A stretch of DNA of 64,000 bases from Lachnospiraceae bacterium (lineage in GTDB: Bacteria > Bacillota > Clostridia > Lachnospirales > Lachnospiraceae). The stretch's first letter is position 1. Each line of letters starts with the position of its first letter. The notes under the pieces are model-generated. The model saw only the letters and a list, made by a program, of their open reading frames with translations. It was not told the origin of the DNA and searched no databases. Location: contig JAFTXG010000006.1 in NCBI GenBank assembly GCA_017461725.1, positions 27,797 through 91,796 of the forward strand, in the 5' to 3' direction. This document shows positions 20,723-29,879 of this stretch, piece after piece. The translations under genes were made by a program, and so were the position numbers.

Positions 20723-21769
20723 CTACTTTCTCAACCACTTCGCGATCCCCCAGGTCACTCCCCCTGCCACCAGAATAATCGCAATATCACACAGCGAAAA
20801 CGGGACCACTCCCACTCGCTCAAAGAAAAATCCCTTACCAAACCGGAACAGTTCTCCGCCCATCAGCACCAGTTCTCCGATGTACATGGCGATGGTGGTG
20901 AGCATTGCAATCCCTGCGGGCAGCCATACTCGCCATTTCCCCTTGCCGGCCGCATGTCCACGCCCTGACCAGATTGCCTCCGCCCCTTTATCTCCGTTCA
21001 CTTCCTCCACTGACACATTTCCACCAGACACCTTCTCGGATTCCTGTGCTGATTCCGGCGCATACATCAATGTCGCCCCATACACGCCAAAGGTCACGCC
21101 GAACAGTACGAAAAACATGCCTGTCAGAACCGATGACAGCGGTGAAATATAGATCGTTCCGTTCCGGAAAAAGGCGGTAAAGCAGGCCAGAATACAGAAC
21201 CCGATAAACAGCACCACGCACACGGTCTGCACCAGCAGAGGGCGCTTCTTCGCAGTGTCATTCTCCCTGATCATGTGGGTATATCCGTGCAGAACACCGG
21301 TCACTGTCAAGATGATCACGATGACGATCAGATAAAAATGTACCTTGAATGCCGGATTCTGCTCGGCGTAGATCGGCTGGCCGATGGACTGCAGCACCTC
21401 CGGTGTCGCCATGCACAGCGAAAGCTGCCAGGACTCCAGCGGCACAGACTTGTACCCCTCCAGCACCGGTATCCGTTCAAAGCTCCACTCTCCAATCAGG
21501 AAGATGATAGTCCCCAACACAGATGCCGCCAACAGTGCTTTTCCACATAACCATCGGTACAACAGTGGATAGACCGCCGTCACAAAAATCAGCGCGATAC
21601 ACATGGGTGTGTAGGGAATGATGTATTTCGGATAGTCCTCCACCGGGATCACACCGTTTTCCAGGTAGAGCAGAATGATTTTTCCACCCATATAAATGGG
21701 ATATATAGATGCTGCAATGATAATTAGCAAAGAACACAGATAGAACCTGCGATATTTTGTTTCAAGCAT
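20723..21769 (-). CDS. polytopic membrane protein of unknown function
   Basis: 348 aa with about 9 predicted TM helices; last gene of blaI-blaR1 operon. Confidence 0.6.
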   Translation of the reverse strand: MLETKYRRFYLCSLLIIIAASIYPIYMGGKIILLYLENGVIPVEDYPKYIIPYTPMCIALIFVTAVYPLLYRWLCGKALLAASVLGTIIFLIGEWSFERIPVLEGYKSVPLESWQLSLCMATPEVLQSIGQPIYAEQNPAFKVHFYLIVIVIILTVTGVLHGYTHMIRENDTAKKRPLLVQTVCVVLFIGFCILACFTAFFRNGTIYISPLSSVLTGMFFVLFGVTFGVYGATLMYAPESAQESEKVSGGNVSVEEVNGDKGAEAIWSGRGHAAGKGKWRVWLPAGIAMLTTIAMYIGELVLMGGELFRFGKGFFFERVGVVPFSLCDIAIILVAGGVTWGIAKWLRK

Positions 21770-21880
21770 ATGCTCTCCTTTCCGTGCCGTAAGATTTAGG
21801 CGGAAATACTCCGTTTATAACGGTTTCTTCTGTCACACGCTCAATCTTGCTGCTCTCACGATCTGTCATCTCACCACGAC

Positions 21881-22561
21881 TTACTGAAACTCCTCCCGCA
21901 TATAGATGGTGAATCCCAGCCACTGAAACCGGATTTTCGTGACCGTTTCCAGATTGCTGGACAGAAAACTCCACTCCACGTCATCGTAGGTCAGTTCCAG
22001 GCTGTCGGTCAGCACATACATGTTCCGCTCCTTCGCCGGATTTCCCGACACCCCGGTCAGTTCCCGCAGGTAGGTATAAGGCCCATCCGCCCGGATATCG
22101 TCGGCTCCATTGTAGCAGAAATAATAATATTTCCCCTCATAATAATACAGGTCATCGTAAAACATGGTTCCCTCGCCGCTCACACTGTCCATGTCCACCT
22201 CATCCGGATAAATCTTAATGGCTACGCGCAGGAAAGCATTCTCTCCGGCCTCGGCCTTTGCCACAAAATTCTCCCATGCTTCGCTTCCACCGTACAGCTT
22301 GCTGTGATCGACCACATAGCAACCGCGCGCCAACGCCTTATCCGGGTCACCATCCTCCGCAATGTCCGCAAACCCGATATAGTTTCCCTTCTCATCGTAG
22401 GTCGGAATCTTCACCTGCGTCTCCGTCTGCTCAGGTTTTCCGCAAGCGGTCAGACACCCCACCGTCAAAATCACCGCCGCAAGCAGGCCGACCAGCCGAT
22501 AGGCAAGACCGCTCCGACCGTTTCTCTTCTGTTTTCCGCTTGATCCATCAATTATGTTCAT
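21881..22561 (-). CDS. lipoprotein, DUF4825-like (typically BlaR1-associated)
   Basis: Signal peptide with lipobox LTACG; lies immediately downstream of the M56 BlaR1 gene, which is where DUF4825 proteins are normally encoded. Confidence 0.55.
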   Translation of the reverse strand: MNIIDGSSGKQKRNGRSGLAYRLVGLLAAVILTVGCLTACGKPEQTETQVKIPTYDEKGNYIGFADIAEDGDPDKALARGCYVVDHSKLYGGSEAWENFVAKAEAGENAFLRVAIKIYPDEVDMDSVSGEGTMFYDDLYYYEGKYYYFCYNGADDIRADGPYTYLRELTGVSGNPAKERNMYVLTDSLELTYDDVEWSFLSSNLETVTKIRFQWLGFTIYMREEFQ

Positions 22562-22645
22562 CACTTTCCCCCTATTATCTCTTCTCCACCGACACCAACG
22601 CTCCCTCGAAAAAACAGCGTCCCAACAGACTAAAATACACTTGAC

Positions 22646-23626
22646 TCACCCCGCCGCATTCGTCAACAGGGTAATCACTATCACAGCCAACAACACCAGA
22701 AAACCGATGGCAGAAATCACCGTCAGCCTCCGATAGGACAATATCTCTTTGATCCGCACCCGAATCCCCGCGCCGCCAAAAGCAGAGGCAAACAAAGTCT
22801 TTTGCTCCTCGTAGTCCAGCAGCGCTGACGCATATTCCTTTCGTTTTTCCTCGCCGCAGATACTGATCACCTTCTCATCGCAGGCCAGCTCCATATCGGC
22901 CAGAAACTGCTTCAGAAACAGCCAGATCAGCGGATTGAACCAGTGCAGACAGCAGGTCAAAACAGCTATCATCCGCCAGAGATTATCCATTCTGCGAATA
23001 TGGGTCTGCTCATGGAGCAGCACGTAGGACTGCTCATCCTCCGCACCAGAAACTTCCGTCAACTCGCCAGCTGCGCCAATCGCCGGGATCTCCGGCAATA
23101 AAATCCTCGGTCTGATCACGCCGAACACCATGGGCGACGTGACCTTGTCCGACCGATAAACACGATCCCTTATCCGCTTAGCCGACTTCAGCTCCGCCGC
23201 AGTGCTCAGATAAATGGCCACTCCGGCCAGCACCGCCGCCAGAGCCACGATCAGCCAGATCGCCTCCGCCGTTCCAAAGATGGTCCGATACACATTCTGT
23301 TTGTACACGATGGGAAAATAAGACTCCGCCGCACCGATGGTATTCATCATGGACATTTCAGCCCAGAACGGTGTAAAATATTGTTCTGACTGTAGCTGCT
23401 CCATATATTCCACCGGACGAACCGTCACTTTGCGGATCAGACCCATCAGGCTGTATTTTGACTCCGCGCCAAAGGGCAGCCACAGGCGAACCAGAGGCAC
23501 GAACCACAGGACAAAGGTCAGCCGTTTCGACAGGCGCAGCATCCTCTGCAGCAGCCACACGACACCTCCCACCACAGTCCCCGCAATGCTCATATTCAAC
23601 ACCCAGTAAAATATCTCACCGTTCAT
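22646..23626 (-). CDS. BlaR1/MecR1-family M56 peptidase signal transducer
   Basis: N-terminal TM helices and an HEQTHIRRMD zinc-metalloprotease motif characteristic of the M56 family; adjacent to blaI. Confidence 0.85.
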   Translation of the reverse strand: MNGEIFYWVLNMSIAGTVVGGVVWLLQRMLRLSKRLTFVLWFVPLVRLWLPFGAESKYSLMGLIRKVTVRPVEYMEQLQSEQYFTPFWAEMSMMNTIGAAESYFPIVYKQNVYRTIFGTAEAIWLIVALAAVLAGVAIYLSTAAELKSAKRIRDRVYRSDKVTSPMVFGVIRPRILLPEIPAIGAAGELTEVSGAEDEQSYVLLHEQTHIRRMDNLWRMIAVLTCCLHWFNPLIWLFLKQFLADMELACDEKVISICGEEKRKEYASALLDYEEQKTLFASAFGGAGIRVRIKEILSYRRLTVISAIGFLVLLAVIVITLLTNAAG

Positions 23627-23630
23627 GGTG

Positions 23631-23987
23631 TCACCTCTTTTCCAGAAGCTGCCTCAGCTCATCGATATCCTCCGCGGAGAGCTTTTCATCCTCCAGAAGT
23701 GCCGAGAATAACGCCTTTCTGGAGCCATGGTAAAGCCGATCAATCAAGCTCTCCGTCTCCGCTCTGCGGGCATCCTCACGTTTGACCAGCGAGGTGCACA
23801 TAAAGCCCGGCTCACTGCGGTTGATCACCCCCTTGTCCACCAGCTTTTTGATCACCGTGTAGGTGGTGTTTTTATTCCAACCGATCTCCTCTGCCGCCAC
23901 CAGACTCAGTTCCTTGGCGCTGACCGGCTCCCGGTCCCAGAGCATTTCCATCAATTTCCATTCGCTGTCAAATAATTTTATCTGCAT
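23631..23987 (-). CDS. BlaI/MecI/CopY family transcriptional repressor
   Basis: 118 aa penicillinase-repressor winged helix (WKLMEMLW...TYTVIKKLVDKG). Confidence 0.9.
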   Translation of the reverse strand: MQIKLFDSEWKLMEMLWDREPVSAKELSLVAAEEIGWNKNTTYTVIKKLVDKGVINRSEPGFMCTSLVKREDARRAETESLIDRLYHGSRKALFSALLEDEKLSAEDIDELRQLLEKR

Positions 23988-24004
23988 TTCCGCCTCCTCA
24001 AATT

Positions 24005-24105
24005 CCTGTCTATCCGGATTGATGTATCTTCAGATTGATGTACTTTTAGATTAATACCCGCCCGCAGACTATTACTATCGTCTATATACTATCACAATAG
24101 TCTGC
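24005..24105 (-). promoter_or_regulatory. putative promoter/operator of blaI operon
   Basis: Direct repeats GATTGATGTA x2 and an inverted repeat CAGACTATT...AATAGTCTG immediately upstream of the blaI start. Confidence 0.35.
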
Positions 24106-24181
24106 AAAAGTCAAGTAAAATAAAAAGCCACTACTCAAACAAGTAATGGCCCGCATCTCTTAATCTTTGACAATATAGTTT

Positions 24182-24550
24182 TTACTCTTTTCTAATATCC
24201 CTCTGTACCTTCTTACTGAAGCTCGCAAGCACCGTATCATAGGCCATATCGATCATATTCAGCAGTTCCTCATCAGGAAACTCATCCAGATAGATCGTAT
24301 TCCAGTAGGGCTGCTGTACCGGCGGACAATGATAGCCCCGCACAACCACACCGGGGTACACCTGGCGGAAAAACTGCCCCGCATCCGCTGTACACTTCAG
24401 CGTGATCTTGTAATCCTCCGGGTAGGGATAGAGTTGGGCAAAAATCTTACCGTTCAGCTTATAGCAAACAGGAACATCACCAAAGGGATGTTCCTCGACT
24501 GCTTTCCATTTATTCAGACAATATTCTTTGATTTCTTCCGGTCTCATCAC
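24182..24550 (-). CDS. MmcQ/YjbR family DNA-binding protein
   Basis: 122 aa, conserved YjbR-like sequence. Confidence 0.7.
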   Translation of the reverse strand: MMRPEEIKEYCLNKWKAVEEHPFGDVPVCYKLNGKIFAQLYPYPEDYKITLKCTADAGQFFRQVYPGVVVRGYHCPPVQQPYWNTIYLDEFPDEELLNMIDMAYDTVLASFSKKVQRDIRKE

Positions 24551-24708
24551 TGCTCCCCCACCTTAAATTCAACCATGCATTCGGCAACCAGTGCTTTTCT
24601 CCCCGTTCAACCGTAGCCCACTCAACCGCAACCCGCTCGACCGCAGCCCAGTCAGTGCGTCCAAATCCTGCCCGCTCATAGAATATCTCGCAGAATTCCC
24701 CACAGCCA

Positions 24709-25665
24709 TCAGCCGCAGATCAGCGCATACGCCAGCACCGCCAACCCAATCTGAATGATCGTGAACCGCACGACCACCTGCGTGTCGGACCAGTGATGAT
24801 TCTTTCTCATGTGATCGTGGATGGGCATACGGATGTCCTTCCAGATGGAGATCTTCAGGAATCGCTTCAGGAAAATCTTAACCAGACCCAGACCGCCGTC
24901 GATAATCAGCACACCGGCCAGCAATATGTACGCAAAGGGCTGTCCCGACTTCATCGCAATGATCGCCAGATAGAATCCCAGCGCGCGTGAGCCTGCATCA
25001 CCCATCAGCATACTGCTGGGCGAGGAATTGAAGCACAGATAGGCCACCAGCACCGCCACCAGCAGATAATTCGCAAACGCATACTGTCCCAGCGCATCCT
25101 TGAAGATCACCGCAAACGCCACCAGCACCACATTGCAGACGTTTGCGCACAGTCCGTCCACACCGTCGGTACAGTTGGTCACATTGACGGACAGCCACAG
25201 CAATACGATACCCAGCACGAAATAAACCGCCTTGGGAAGCATCAGCTGCCAGGGTCCAATGGCAATCTCCGTGGAATTAGAGCTCACAAAGGTCCACATG
25301 GTCACCGCAGAAATCACCAGGTCAATCAGGCCCTTCTTATAGTCGCTCCAGGGCTTGTCGGAGGCATCGTCCAGATAGCCACTGAGCATCATACAGAACA
25401 TCAAAATCAGATAGATCACATACTCGCGATCAATGGGCAGGAAAATCACACTGCCCACGATAAAGCAGATTGTCAGCAGAAGTCCCACACCTCTGACCTT
25501 TCCCTTGGACAGCTCACCATTTACCGCAAACTCGCGGCCCTTGTCCACCGGCAGAAAGGGCAACGGAAACTTACACGCCAAAAAGGTAATGGCGAAGGTG
25601 ACCAGAAGTCCCACACCCCACAACTGCTCTGTATTTAAAAACTGATTCAATAAAGTACCCATCAT
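24709..25665 (-). CDS. MraY/WecA-family (GT4) polyprenyl-phosphate sugar-phosphate transferase paralog
   Basis: Polytopic membrane protein with NCTDGVDGL and the DD..GSR motif region of the MraY/WecA family. Confidence 0.7.
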   Translation of the reverse strand: MMGTLLNQFLNTEQLWGVGLLVTFAITFLACKFPLPFLPVDKGREFAVNGELSKGKVRGVGLLLTICFIVGSVIFLPIDREYVIYLILMFCMMLSGYLDDASDKPWSDYKKGLIDLVISAVTMWTFVSSNSTEIAIGPWQLMLPKAVYFVLGIVLLWLSVNVTNCTDGVDGLCANVCNVVLVAFAVIFKDALGQYAFANYLLVAVLVAYLCFNSSPSSMLMGDAGSRALGFYLAIIAMKSGQPFAYILLAGVLIIDGGLGLVKIFLKRFLKISIWKDIRMPIHDHMRKNHHWSDTQVVVRFTIIQIGLAVLAYALICG

Positions 25666-25821
25666 TTCTCTCCTGTCTCATTTGTATTTTACTATCTCAC
25701 TCGCTTTTTACTGCCTCATTTGTAGTTTACTGTCTCATTTGCATTTTACCATTTGGTTCATTAATACACGTATGCTCTCATGTTAACTAATCCGTTTTCA
25801 TGATCTAAAACAAATATACCC

Positions 25822-26310
25822 TTAAAATTCGTCAAGCACCGTAAACACAACGCCTGCCTCAGTGGCCGATCCGCCGTAGAGTTTATCGGTATATCGTCCC
25901 TCTCTCCGGAAATGCTCACAGACATACTTGGCCGTGTAGGGCATCTCACAGCTGAGAGCGCTGTCCCAATCGAACCATCGAAGCACACCTTCCGTGCTCT
26001 TTAATTCCACCGACGGATCCTTCAACTCAGCAAAAAAGTAATAATTCTGCCGGATCTCACCATTCTTCAGCCGAAGCGTCACATACCGCAGGGCAAGATG
26101 TTCGACATCCGCCTCAGTAAGTCCCAGCTCCTCATTCATCTCCCGCAGAACACACGCTCTGGCATCGCTCACCTCATCCGGCTCAAAATGGCCACCGGCG
26201 GAGCCGGTATACAGCTGATCGACGATCCTGGAACCGATGCGGTACAACAGGAGAACCTGATCACCGCTCAACAGGTAGATCGATGTCATACTGCGAAGCT
26301 TTCCATCCAT
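25822..26310 (-). CDS. NUDIX hydrolase
   Basis: Nudix box GGHFEPDEVSDARACVLREMNEELGL. Confidence 0.8.
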   Translation of the reverse strand: MDGKLRSMTSIYLLSGDQVLLLYRIGSRIVDQLYTGSAGGHFEPDEVSDARACVLREMNEELGLTEADVEHLALRYVTLRLKNGEIRQNYYFFAELKDPSVELKSTEGVLRWFDWDSALSCEMPYTAKYVCEHFRREGRYTDKLYGGSATEAGVVFTVLDEF

Positions 26311-26315
26311 ATCGC

Positions 26316-27122
26316 TTATTCACTTTCCAATAATCTCATATATTTTCGGTATTCTCTCTCCGGGATTTCCATTGCAGCCATCGCCTGTTCGACCGTCAAA
26401 TTCAAATTTTTCATTAGTTTTTTGATCGTTCGTACTCTTTCTTCATCCTTCAGAATAATTTCTTCTTCCCAACGCTGCATATACTTCACCCCCACTTTCT
26501 CGCTGGCTTTTATGCGGCTGACACAGCTATGTATCTTCTTAATCCGTTCGCTATCTGTCTTGTTTGCAAACTCCTCGTCTGTGCATTGAATATAATGCAG
26601 AAAGTCCACCAGCTCCTTGCTGACCTCGCTGTCGTTTTTTCCCTGCGTATTCAGAAAAATCCGCACAGCACCGTCATTTAAGGCCAGTGAATTTACCTCA
26701 TCGCACCGTTCCCGGAATGTGTAGCGATATTTCTCCTGACCAAACAAATCAAACGGTGTGATCATGATGACGCAGGCACCATTCAAGAGATTAAAATCCG
26801 TAACTCCCGGCTCCAGCAGAGAAGCATCAATCAATCCCTGATAATACCGACTTCGCTTTGGCAAGTCGGTGCGGTATCCCGCCTGCATTTCCGTATCATA
26901 AACCGTGCCATCATCACCAATCGCGTACACATCCAGCCGGATAGAACGCAGCCAGGGCGTTGTCCGTACTTCCTTCTCCGTCTGGCTCTCCGTCAATAAT
27001 TTCAGCTCTTCCTGCCCAAGGATAATCTGAAGTGCCGCTTGATGGGCCTCGGGACAATCCATGGTCTCATCAAACAAGAATTTGTCCAACAGTGTCAGTT
27101 CGCTTAATGGTTTCTTTTTCAT
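26316..27122 (-). CDS. Rpn family recombination-promoting nuclease / putative transposase (PD-(D/E)XK)
   Basis: Rpn/YhgA-like family sequence features (conserved N-terminal region with a LLDKFLFDE-type motif, D..E.Q PD-(D/E)XK core). Confidence 0.7.
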   Translation of the reverse strand: MKKKPLSELTLLDKFLFDETMDCPEAHQAALQIILGQEELKLLTESQTEKEVRTTPWLRSIRLDVYAIGDDGTVYDTEMQAGYRTDLPKRSRYYQGLIDASLLEPGVTDFNLLNGACVIMITPFDLFGQEKYRYTFRERCDEVNSLALNDGAVRIFLNTQGKNDSEVSKELVDFLHYIQCTDEEFANKTDSERIKKIHSCVSRIKASEKVGVKYMQRWEEEIILKDEERVRTIKKLMKNLNLTVEQAMAAMEIPEREYRKYMRLLESE

Positions 27123-27445
27123 TATCTTCCTCCTTTATTTTATACCATAAGTCGCAAAGCCGCAACCCGGTATTTTGACAAATCCGGTTGTATTTGTTCA
27201 CGTTGTCCCCGGTTGATTGATTTTCCTCTCGCCAAAAAAATACAACGCAAAATAGAAGCATCACTCGCTTTTTCAATGCCATCTTTCCTCTTTTGGAATT
27301 AACCTGTGAAATCAATTAGAACTACAAGAAATGATTGCGACAAATACGACTGCCGAAAGCAATCGTACTTGAAAGTGGACTTATTATATCAGATTATACG
27401 CGAACTGCCAAGCACCAATTTTCCCTCTGCCAGTGTTCTCAAGCG

Positions 27446-27814
27446 TCATTTACTGTCGCACCTCTTCCTCGTCGGCATGCACAGCCATATATGCGCTGCC
27501 AGACACCCGGTAAACACCACCGCGCCAAGCTTATGTACCATCAGTACCGTTATCACCTCTCCAAAAGGCTTCAACAAAAATCCAGAGACAGTAACTGCGA
27601 TCAATGCGGCCCACAGCCCGATCTCCACCGCTTTTTTGACACCGCGGCGATTTTTCCACACCTTTCGGAATTTGACTGTGTGGCTGATCCCGGCAATTAA
27701 AACAGCCAATCCAAGAATCGCATGCACGCCCATACCGGTGAACCGCTGCAAAAATAACCAAACGCATGCTGCCAGCATCGATACCATAAATATCATTCGT
27801 TTTTTCATCATCAA
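27446..27814 (-). CDS. small membrane protein (DUF4405-like)
   Basis: 122 aa, 4 TM helices with conserved His residues. Confidence 0.5.
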   Translation of the reverse strand: MMMKKRMIFMVSMLAACVWLFLQRFTGMGVHAILGLAVLIAGISHTVKFRKVWKNRRGVKKAVEIGLWAALIAVTVSGFLLKPFGEVITVLMVHKLGAVVFTGCLAAHIWLCMPTRKRCDSK

Positions 27815-28030
27815 GGACCTTTCCTTTACTGTTCTTTAGTTAGTTCTAACTAACCTTCAAATATAATAACAGAGCTGAAAGAAAAGTCAATCACCATTTT
27901 TTCCCATTCAGCTCTGCATTCCGGCTATGCTGTAATCATATGAAACCGCAATTTTCGGGATGTTAACCTTCATTGCTTGAAGCAACGCCCCCGATCCTGT
28001 ATAATCAATCCTCAAAAGGGGGACTTTGAT

Positions 28031-28579
28031 ATGCTCAACGAAAATCTAAAACACCTGCGGAAAGCCAAAGGACTTTCCCAGGAGGAATTAGCCATAAAAC
28101 TGAATGTGGTCAGACAGACCGTCTCAAAGTGGGAAAACGGCCTGTCGGTGCCGGATTCGGAGATGCTGATCAAACTGGCCGATGCGCTGGACACCTCGGT
28201 CAATGTCATTCTGGGAGAATCGGTGACACCCGATGAGCCGGACGAAAACACCGAACTGAAAATGATCGCCGCCAAGCTGGAGCTGCTGAACGAACAATTT
28301 GCCCGGCAGAACGAGGCGAGGCGCAAGCGCCGTCGGATCGCGTTCATCGTCATCGGAGTCCTGGCAATCGGCTCGCTGCTCTTCGATCTGGTGATCTGGC
28401 TCCACCAAAACCACATCCTCGATACCATGGCGGAAAAAGAGGCTATCAGCGCCATCGGCGGATACGACGGCCCTACCGCCATCATGGTCGCAACCATGCA
28501 GCCGACCAGCTTCACGCTCCCGGCAATAGTGGCTTTGATTGTCGCTGGCATCGGTATTTATAAAACCAAACGAGAATGA
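28031..28579 (+). CDS. XRE-family HTH regulator with C-terminal transmembrane helices
   Basis: HTH_XRE (LSQEELAIKLNVVRQTVSKWENG) plus two C-terminal TM helices; start at MLNENL with a GGGGGA RBS. Confidence 0.75.
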   Translation: MLNENLKHLRKAKGLSQEELAIKLNVVRQTVSKWENGLSVPDSEMLIKLADALDTSVNVILGESVTPDEPDENTELKMIAAKLELLNEQFARQNEARRKRRRIAFIVIGVLAIGSLLFDLVIWLHQNHILDTMAEKEAISAIGGYDGPTAIMVATMQPTSFTLPAIVALIVAGIGIYKTKRE

Positions 28580-28606
28580 TTTTAAATTGAAAAAAGGGAT
28601 TGAAAA

Positions 28607-29074
28607 ATGAATACTCACAGGAACAGAGAATTAAACATGAAACGAATTTTGATGACCGCACTGCTGCTCACCTTTCTTTTGACTGGGTGCAGCAAAAATG
28701 CAGTCCCCAAAATTGACGAATACAGTTGGACAATGAGTACCGTGCAAACCACAGAAAATAACGGTCAAATCGTCGCCCACGGCCCTGACAATACTTATAC
28801 GCCGGAGGATTCCGTGGTGATCCGGATGACCTGTGAAGCCAAGGGCGGTGTGCTGACCATCACCGACCATACCACTGGACAGACCTACACCGGAACATAC
28901 AAAACCGCCGGCACCATTCCTGAGTCTGCGACCTATGAGATCACGGTGGACGGGGCCGACGGAATGGCGGTTGTCGCTATGACAAGTTATCACAACGGAG
29001 AGCAAACACCGACGCTGGTGATGAGTGTCGGGGAATGGGCTATCAGTTTCGTTTTAGCATATGCTGCTCAATGA
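28607..29074 (+). CDS. lipoprotein of unknown function
   Basis: Lipobox LLTGCS after a signal peptide. Confidence 0.6.
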   Translation: MNTHRNRELNMKRILMTALLLTFLLTGCSKNAVPKIDEYSWTMSTVQTTENNGQIVAHGPDNTYTPEDSVVIRMTCEAKGGVLTITDHTTGQTYTGTYKTAGTIPESATYEITVDGADGMAVVAMTSYHNGEQTPTLVMSVGEWAISFVLAYAAQ

Positions 29075-29798
29075 ACCTGGCCACCCCATCCTCATCGTTA
29101 CTGCCGGTGACCACATCCGCCACCGCCAATACCGCTGGGATGGCATTGGACACGGCTACACCCGTCCCGCACATCCGGATCGCCTCAATATCATCATTGT
29201 CGTCCCCGAAGTAAACCGCCTCCTCCGGCGACACGTTAAGCGCCTCAAGCATCGTCCTGACACCGTTCCATTTTGTAGCGCGCTTGCTCATGATCTGAAT
29301 CAGGCTTCCGCCCGCAACCGTATAATAGGCATCACCCGTCATCGCCGCTTCCACCGCCGGAAAGATACTGTCATGCATACTGCTCACCAGTATTTTATAG
29401 ATGTCACCTGCGGTCGGAAGCTCCGGAAAATCGCGGTAAACGATGGGGCTCCACCCGGGAATATCCTCGCTGGCGTAAAAGCCGTCACCGGTCTCCACGG
29501 AGAGAATAATATCCGGATGTTTGCAGATCTCCGTCAGAATCTTCTTCCCACTGTCCTGCGAGAGCCCATTTACTACCACGCGATCCGGGAGAATGATCCT
29601 CGCGCCGTTGGTCACGGTAATCGCGTCAAAGTGGATCAGGTCATGGTATTCCATGACGGACCGCTCCGGTCTGGCGGTGGCCGCCAGAATGTAAATACCG
29701 GCCCCGTGGCAGGCGTTCAGCACGTCGAGGGTATAGGCGGATATGGATTTGTCAGTGTGAAGCAGGGTGCGGTCAAGGTCGGTGATGATGGCTTTCAT
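29043..29798 (-). CDS. Cof-type HAD-IIB family hydrolase
   Basis: ITDLDRTLL motif I, Cof-subfamily cap, GDDNDD motif IV. Confidence 0.85.
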   Translation of the reverse strand: MKAIITDLDRTLLHTDKSISAYTLDVLNACHGAGIYILAATARPERSVMEYHDLIHFDAITVTNGARIILPDRVVVNGLSQDSGKKILTEICKHPDIILSVETGDGFYASEDIPGWSPIVYRDFPELPTAGDIYKILVSSMHDSIFPAVEAAMTGDAYYTVAGGSLIQIMSKRATKWNGVRTMLEALNVSPEEAVYFGDDNDDIEAIRMCGTGVAVSNAIPAVLAVADVVTGSNDEDGVARFIEQHMLKRN

Positions 29799-29879
29799 GG
29801 GTGGGACTCCTTTTGAAAAAGTTCACTTGATATATTCTATTATGCAAAATAATATTATCCTAACAAGCCACTATCATTC

